Source: Phoronis australis (Eukaryota; Animalia; Phoronida). Taken from it: a DNA stretch of 64,000 nt. Made by a program: the position numbers and the translations under genes. Location: assembly GCA_002633005.1 (NCBI GenBank), contig NMRA01000077.1:806001-870000 (forward strand), in the 5' to 3' direction. Positions 57,401 through 64,000 of the stretch are shown here, piece by piece (position 1 is the stretch's first letter; every line of letters begins with the position of its first letter). The notes beneath the pieces were generated by a model that was not told the DNA's origin, ran no database searches, and worked only from the letters and a program-made list of their open reading frames with translations.

Positions 57401-60400
57401 TTTGCTTGATTTATCACTCTGTAATGAAATGCAGTGTCTGCAATTGGTTAATTCCTGCGTGATTTGTAGACGTTCAGTGACGCACATTAACTTATGCATC
57501 ACTGTTACGGTCATCTTTTACTTTCATTTTCTTTTTTGACTACCCTCATTTTTTAAATTATGGCTACTTCAATATATTTTGCAATTTTGCTGTTCTTGTG
57601 AAGGCCAATTTGGTTTAAAAATGTGCAGTTTCACTATTTTTCTAGGTGAACAGTTCTTATACATTACCCCTCCCTTGAGAATTTTTGACATCATTATTTT
57701 CATTGATTTGACATTCTGGGTGATGAAATCTGAACAGACGATTTTTGTGGCTCAATTCCCACTTGTTTATTTAGTAACCATGGCATAAAAGTTGGACATT
57801 GAAACTAACCTTTGAGTAGTTAGGTCGTTTAGGTTTGAAGAGTCAGAAGTCATATAGATTTGCCTAGCACTATGTACAAACAATTTTGTGAAAACCTTTG
57901 GAAGATGAAAAATTTGGTAAGTTTAGAGTTTGTCTTCATGTGTCTGCTAAAACACAGCCTTGCTTATTTAATCAGTTAAAATGATACGGGAGGAGGCGTT
58001 CTATTCAGGCACCCTGAATGTCTTCAGTAGATAGATGAAGCTGTGCACCTCAGTGCCAGCCTACAGTTTTAGAACGTAATTTTTCATTCTTATTTCAGGA
58101 TGAAATTATGATCGATAACTCTGTCATACCATTTTTAGCTATTAGTGTAATGTTTAGGAGAGCTGTTCATTTGTTTCTACCCATTCTAGGACTACTCTGA
58201 GATGACAGCGACTCTGGCCAAGTTGACAAACTTGTCGGCTGACGACAAGACAGAGTGTGGTATGTTGCGGTCACGAATAGACGAACAGTCACAGCTAATT
58301 ATGATACTGAAACAGCGTTGTGATGAAACGCAGGTCAAAGCCAACGCATTAGATCGTGTCCAAGATGAACTCGTGCACTTTCGCGAACAAGCGAATGACC
58401 AACTAGAAATGGAGTTCAGGAAATACCGGACGTTAGACGCCAGGTTCAATGACCTGTCGGACAATCACATCGAGATGATTAAGATCAAAGATGAGTATAA
58501 ACTTCAAAATGAGCAGCTGAGACGAGAGATTGCAAAACTGAGAAAAGATAATGAGAATCTGTTTTCGCAGGCTGTGCAGGACAGGGATAATGAGATTGGT
58601 GATTTGCAGAGGCAAAAAACTCGACTTAAAGAGGAGATAACTCAGAAGGAATTAAAAATTGAAGATCTTAGAGAACAGACTGCAGAGATGGTAGAAAGGT
58701 TAAAGTAAGTGTGGATGGGGTTCTTGCCTAAAGATAATTACCAAGATTGTTTTATTTAAACGTCTACTGCCATGATACAAATAATCGAAAACTTACTGAA
58801 CTGTGTTGTTTTTGACAGCCATTGGGTATGGACCTTGTAAAAGACTTCTCTTTTGGTTTCCTGCTGTGATATGAGTATATTGGTAAAGAATTACAATTGT
58901 TGTTGGTAGTGTTGGTTTGGTTATGAATTTTGGTATTTTGATATGGGCATTGAATATTGGAGTCATTGTTTGAGTGCATCAAAATTTCTGACATGACCTT
59001 GAATTATTTCAATATTTCAGTTCATAATTACTGTTAATTTCAAGACCTTTAATTGTCCAAGTAGAGTGGACTTGGTGTAAATATCAATATGACCAAGACT
59101 GTGTCTTACTTGCCTTGGAATGTCTGTTTACAAAATTGAAAGAGAGTCATTGTCTCAGGTGTATGGGTGTTTCTTTTTGTAGTTAGTTTGCTTAGTGAAC
59201 CGGCCAACATGATAGCACCTTTCTCTTTCTAGTATTTCAATGTTGTCATTAAGTGCTGCAATGTTACTAGTCTCCTTGGTCTTTTGGGACTATTAGTACA
59301 CAAACAGATGTCATATCGAAATGCCATCATGAATTAATCATCTATGCTAATCTGGGATTTGATCGTTTGTCTAGGAACTCATGCATAGTGCAATCATGAA
59401 TAATTAGATTGTGATTAACTACCTGTAAATGTCCTACCTGTAACTGTCGTCATATTTCGTTGTAATAAGTGTCTTAATTTCATACATTGAGCTGTTAAAT
59501 ATACTATGAACTTGAATATTTGTCTAATATGATGAACATCATGTATGTGTATGTTAAAGTAAGTAGGAGAATATTTTCCCCTGGTCAATTTTAGGTTTTC
59601 CGAGGAAGCAGCCAAGGAAAAAGAGACTTCTCTTCAGAATCAAGTAAAAAAGTTATCTCAACAGCTCCAAGAAAGTGCTGAGAAACTGAAAGGTTTGAGT
59701 TTCAACAATCTTCTCTCTCTATCAGTGCATGCCGATCACATATTTATGTTGTGAAAAGTATTGTTTGGAATAGATACAGGGCCAGGTCCTTTTGTTAAAA
59801 TTACACCTAATGTTGAAAAATTTGTAGGTCACGCATTGGTTTTACTTAGTGAAAATTCCATTTCCTCAGCTTAAAATTCATTGCTGCCTTGATAACTTAC
59901 GATAATGTATGGCGTGACTTACTGATACATCATGTGACAGTCAGGCTGTGATCGTGAACTTATCACATCACCGTTGTGGTGTTAATGAATTCTTAACTGT
60001 GTTAACACAATTTTTTAGTCAATGAACTCACTTACACATGGGTTGGTAAATTTTTTGAAAAGCTAGTAAGGTCAAAAAAGTATGTTTGGTTCTGGTCAGG
60101 GCCAAACTTGCACATGAAAGCTGACATGATGTGGCACTGGGTAAAATGTAGGGTAATAACACATTTCGACTGGCGTCAGGTCATAGTGAGAACAAAAATG
60201 GGAAGAAGGACCTGGACCCCTTTCAGCTGGGACAAAGGACACTGAGAGTCAAGAAAAGAAGTTTCCCAACTGGTTTCAGCTGAGATCATGTGACACTGGC
60301 AAGAAAAATGTGACTTTTTCTTTTTGAGAATACGGACAGCTAAAAATACTATATCAATTAAAAAACATACCAGAGCAAATTCTGCTATTTTTGGCCAACA

Positions 60401-63400
60401 TTTAACAAAAACCCTTTCTGATTAAAGCTGCTTTAGCCAAACTGCAATCCCAAGAAAAACAGCGGGAGGGTGCAAGTCAAAAGGCACAGCAAGAATATGA
60501 GCAGCTTGTGAAAGAGAAAGATGATTTACTGCAACTTGCAATGCATCGTGGGAAACTCATTCAGGTTTGAACATAGTGTCTGTGCACTTGTGTGGACTGG
60601 TCAAGAAGGCTTCTGTTCTTATTGAATGTCAATTTATTTTGTAATATTGCCTTGAAAGATTGGTTGAATACCGACAGCAACATTTGACTAGTGAACATTT
60701 CCTTAACTCGTTGCTAGTTTTAAATGCTTTACTGTTTTGTAATTTTGAAATAGCTGAGATGTTTTGTCAGACAAAAATATTATCATGCAGCCACAGATAC
60801 ATATATGCTAATACAGCATATTTCAGTGCCACAAACCAACCATGTTTCTAGATGGTCTCTTTGCTAACAGTTTGACTGCATGTGACACTCTGGTCCATTC
60901 ATTCTTTTCAGAAATGCTAAGCTTGCGTTCATTGTGGATCCGAAAATATGGAATGATGTCATTTACTCCATAATCCATATGAACTAATGCAAAAAAAAAG
61001 ATACAATTCATCTCAATTTTGTCACCACTCTTGCTCAGAAAATTAGCCATGTTATAAGTTTAATAAAAGACTTTAAAAAAATAGTACAATGTTTGTGTGC
61101 ATTGATGGATCTCAATTCACCACAGACCAAAGTTAACGTAAATCACTAAATTTAATATTATTTATGTTTTACTTTCATGTACCACCACTTGCACTGATTG
61201 AGAGCAGAAGCTCACTGTAGCTCAACTCATTAAAACCCTGCACAACATTGAATAGAATAAAATAGAACATGTATAGATGCCAACAGCCTTTAAAATTTCA
61301 CCCCCAATTTCATTTCCATGGATTCAGGATTTCTTCGTCCAGTACAAATTCTTGTGACGGTAGTTATTGCTGTTTTCTAGAGATAAATACTGCCAAAAGG
61401 GGGCACATAAGCCTTTCCAGTTTCAAAGCTTTTATGTTAAAAAAAATGTCCAACTGTTATGGTGTTTGTGATAAGTGTCGCATATGAGCATTGCATTATT
61501 TAATTTTCGTTAGTTTTTCAAATGTGGCCTTTAAAAAGGTCTCTTCTAACCCTGTAAAAACTGGGTCACATTCCTCAGCAAAAATGGCAGAGTATCCTCT
61601 GGTTCGTTGCTCGTAATGTAAAGACACATTGCGCTGCTCCCTTCACGTTGATAAGTACGTTGAGTTGTTACCTGTGCTCAGTTGCAAAAACAGTATGGAG
61701 CAGTATCTCAAGAACATCCATCTGAATGGTTACATCAGAGTTGCAACTGATATTCAGAACCAAATTTCTTAACAAATTTTGCTACTGCAAAGCTATCGTC
61801 ATCTCCCGAGAGATGTCGCAAATTGTTTTGAAACGGTGAGTGCATGTGTCATGAGCATACTGTTGAAAACAATGACTTTCCTTTGTTACAAAAGAGGTAT
61901 GTGCAAGAAAAAAGTGGTTAATTACATTGTTTTTAACTTAAATGGATGCAACGGGAAAGATGAGTGTCGGTTGACTCCTAGATTTGCATGCATCCACCCC
62001 CACTGGTCGTTAGTTCTACATGTTAATATAAGTTTCACTAAGAGGTGATGAGCAGAACTACCCAGGCTTCATGAAGTTTCGGGGTCGGAGGAAGCTAACA
62101 CTCTGTGGTTCCTAGCTGTATTTTGACTTCTGTGTCATACAACTAGCTGGCTGGCTGAACCCATGCCATCCCCTTCGCTGTATCTTGTGTCACTGTTGCA
62201 ACGAAGTTCGGTAACAACAATGTTTCACAGGCATTTTGTAGAGAAAAGTGGGTCAACACCACTCAAATGATGCAATTAATATGATTTTCCAAGTCTCCCT
62301 GGTATTGCATTGGTCTTGATTTTGAATGTGCGGTTCCTACCCAGTAGGCAGAAGAGAACCCTGGGAAAGCAGTTCATTTCTTGAGACATCACGCTCTATT
62401 CACCCAGGAAACAAATTTAATAGTGTACAGAACAATTATCTTCTTCAGCCAACATTGCTAAAAAACAAAGTGGGGAATGCAGGTAACAGATCTTCTCTAG
62501 TTCAAGACGTTTCATAATCTGAAGCTGAGCAACTGTGCAACGTCAAGCTCTCGTAGTCTTGGAAACCAGCACTAGGTGGAACTGTCTTTTGACAAGAAAA
62601 GCTTTCAAATGTGGAATTCAAGCTAACAATTTTGGTTTTGCCTCCAGCACTTGGTTAATTTACAAGTTTGTTTGGTGACTAGTACCGTAAGCAATTTTAG
62701 TTATTTTGCTGTTAAAATCACAGCTAGCGCATCACCTGCCAACCAGCGGTCATTAGATTGGTCACGGGCTGCACAAGTTGGCTTACTCAAATATTTACAC
62801 CAACTGATACACCAAAGAACTCTCTTCCAGATGTGTGTATTTATTCTGTAAAATGTTGTGCACGCTATACACATGCACTTGAATGTAGCCTATATTCTCA
62901 GCGTGATAACCCTTCGAGAAGTAAGGTTGAAACCTGTTTGAAATGAAATATTTACATCAGCGACATTTACATTAATGTTTTTGCGAGTCCAGACCAGTGG
63001 CGGATTTAGAGTGGGCCAAGGGGGTCATGCCCCCCTAAAATTCTCCCAGATTCCATGTGGCAGTTGGGGGTGCAAATGTCAGACGTGCAAAATCCTGGCT
63101 AATACTCTGCTGTGGCCCCTCCTAACTCAAAATCCTGGATCTGCCCCTGCAGACTAACCTAGGATAGAAAGATTCGTGCTAGAAACATTAATAAGTAGTT
63201 TTCTTGTACTGGTATTTCACAGCAGTTGTCTAAAGTTTGCTAAAATTGCTGTCATCACCCATCAGATTTTATTCCCAAAATGTAAGAGGGACAATTTTTC
63301 AGAAACCGGTATTTTTTCAAACCTAAAAATATGCCATTTATTAATCATTGCACCTGGGTGCACAAATAAGGTATATGTTGAAAAAGTCTCTGATATGTCA

Positions 63401-63640
63401 TGTTCAAACTTTAGCCAGTTTTTCGCGTGCAGTCACTCTTTTAAGTCCTTCACTGTTATAAAACTTTGAATGTGTTTGATATTTCTATTATATAAATTTA
63501 CTTTTTAAAATTAGACTATAATCAGGTGAAGTATAAACTTTAATGTTTTATTTGCAGGAAAAACAAAACGAGAATAAAGCATTGGAACTGAAAATTCAAA
63601 ATATGCAGAAACAAGTTCAGAAAATGGAAAGTAAATTTGA
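45384..63640 (+). CDS. CCDC89: Coiled-coil domain-containing protein 89-like, 3'-partial; exons 45384-45440, 58190-58704, 59595-59692, 60428 or 60437-60564, 63558-63640
   Basis: MLRSRIDEQSQLIMILKQR, RFNDLSDNHIEMIKIKDEYK, ENENLFSQA-like and KEKDDLLQLAMHRGKLIQEKQ match recalled CCDC89; exon phases are consistent. Confidence 0.85.
45739..48155. mobile_element. MITE with CCTAAAGTCGTGAA terminal motifs, containing a nested copy of itself (about 46960-47766)
   Basis: Left ends CACCGGTGMCCTAAAGTCGTGAA at 45739 and 46965; right ends TTCACGACTTTAGGACCTCYGACGGTA ending near 47766 and 48155. Confidence 0.72.
48243..51213. mobile_element. DNA transposon with GGCAA...TTGCC ends (outer layer of the nest)
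   Basis: Collinear in reverse with the inner copy 48644-49456; third end fragment at about 44285-44381. Confidence 0.68.
48347..49910 (+). mobile_element. ISL2EU-like element with disrupted THAP zinc-finger ORF
   Basis: Perfect 19-bp inverted ends CAATAGCGGATTTGCAGCG; VPGCFKN...VFP...LREKWINNIRR...FKPTQG // HRVCSEHF...NIPTEFP. Confidence 0.78.
51420..51680. repeat. 20-bp minisatellite x13 inside a dispersed repeat also present at about 41890-41982
   Basis: TTACTGCYRGGGCGTCCAAG. Confidence 0.92.
52140..54012. repeat. Diverged ~540-bp tandem units (2 full plus a partial)
   Basis: GTAGCCAGCCCAAGTAAAAT...GGGGTGCTTGAT repeated from about 52150, 52690 and 53922. Confidence 0.75.
53204..53875. 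mobile_element. Kolobok-like MITE with TTAA target duplication
   Basis: TTAA|GGTCACTATCTATC...GGTAGACAGTGACC|TTAA; related left ends at 30423 and 32341. Confidence 0.75.
55291..55685 (-). mobile_element. Second copy of the THAP-like non-autonomous element
   Basis: MKYYGCAAGCNSDMKKFNKLDKYLWIRDLKFF; collinear with 28005-28427. Confidence 0.6.
56000..56370 (-). mobile_element. Penelope-like GIY-YIG C-terminal fragment (different family)
   Basis: HLCATGHYFNTDDVTILDCEEAWFRRGVKEALHERIESASLHKRGGLRFDLSHVWDGVL. Confidence 0.75.
56373..57160 (+). mobile_element. DINE-1/HINE-like copy in opposite orientation
   Basis: TTATGCGCTCACATATTTATATGTGG start, then (GTCY)n microsatellite, then CTAGTGGC subunits. 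Confidence 0.75.
58190..58704 (+). CDS. CCDC89: CCDC89-like main exon
   Basis: ttctag|GAC...TTA AA|gtaagt; 171 codons of coiled coil. Confidence 0.93.
59595..59692 (+). CDS. CCDC89: CCDC89-like exon
   Basis: FSEEAAKEKETSLQNQVKKLSQQLQESAEKLK, phase 2-1. Confidence 0.85.
60437..60564 (+). CDS. CCDC89: CCDC89-like exon (alternative in-frame acceptor at 60428)
   Basis: KLQSQEKQREGASQKAQQEYEQLVKEKDDLLQLAMHRGKLIQ|gtttga. Confidence 0.85.
62995..63149. mobile_element. Short hAT-like MITE
   Basis: CAGTGGCGGATTTAG...CTGGATCTGCCCCTG. Confidence 0.55.
63558..63640 (+). CDS. CCDC89: CCDC89-like exon
   Basis: EKQNENKALELKIQNMQKQVQKMESKF GA|gtaagt. Confidence 0.88.
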
Positions 63641-64000
63641 GTAAGTTCATAACATGGGGTTTCATCACACTAGTCTGTAGCCACCAAAATTCCTCCTGGT
63701 GGTATCCTAAATACAATGATTGGATTTTGTGAAAGACGTTGATAACTATCCCATGCCATTGAGGTCACACGAGGTTGGTCAGCCATCTGTGCTGTATTTG
63801 TAAAAGAATGCAATGTCTAGTCTAAGTACTAATGTTGTTTTTGCTTTTGTCAAAAATTTCTCTGTCTTTTTTGTAAGTACTTGTTTACAACATGTGGGTG
63901 TCATGAAATCCTTGGAAATTTATTTACCGGTGTATGAATATTCACAGGAATTTTCATGTGATAATTACAACCAATAACTATTGATGGCACATGTCTTTGC

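Noticed and set aside
61585-62048. Cys-containing reading frame that might be a transposase tail
   Set aside because: Internal stops and no motif that could be recognised with confidence

Overview
AT-rich, intron-rich animal genomic DNA, probably an invertebrate (lophotrochozoan-like; this is an inference). There is one ~500-nt N gap and two single-N joins. Three conserved protein-coding genes can be rebuilt by hand from splice sites and reading frame. RPA3 (+) has its last 3 exons at 1303-2693. MIOS, a GATOR2 subunit (-), has 22 visible coding exons at 7059-40325, a probable 5'UTR exon near 45.1 kb, and one RING exon missing, probably in the N gap. A CCDC89-like gene (+) runs from 45384 to beyond the window end, head-to-head with MIOS across about 260 bp. 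MIOS contains a U12-type AT-AC intron, a 15-nt microexon, and two splice sites amplified by tandem repeats. Introns are packed with mobile DNA: a DINE-1/HINE-like family carrying co-oriented CTCF-consensus motifs every ~147 bp, Penelope-like fragments with hammerhead-like motifs, a ~510-bp TRIM (LTRs, PBS, PPT, TSD), THAP-bearing ISL2EU-like elements in a three-level nest, TTAA Kolobok-like MITEs, a self-nested MITE, a palindromic array and many minisatellites. All homology calls come from recalled protein sequences, not database searches.
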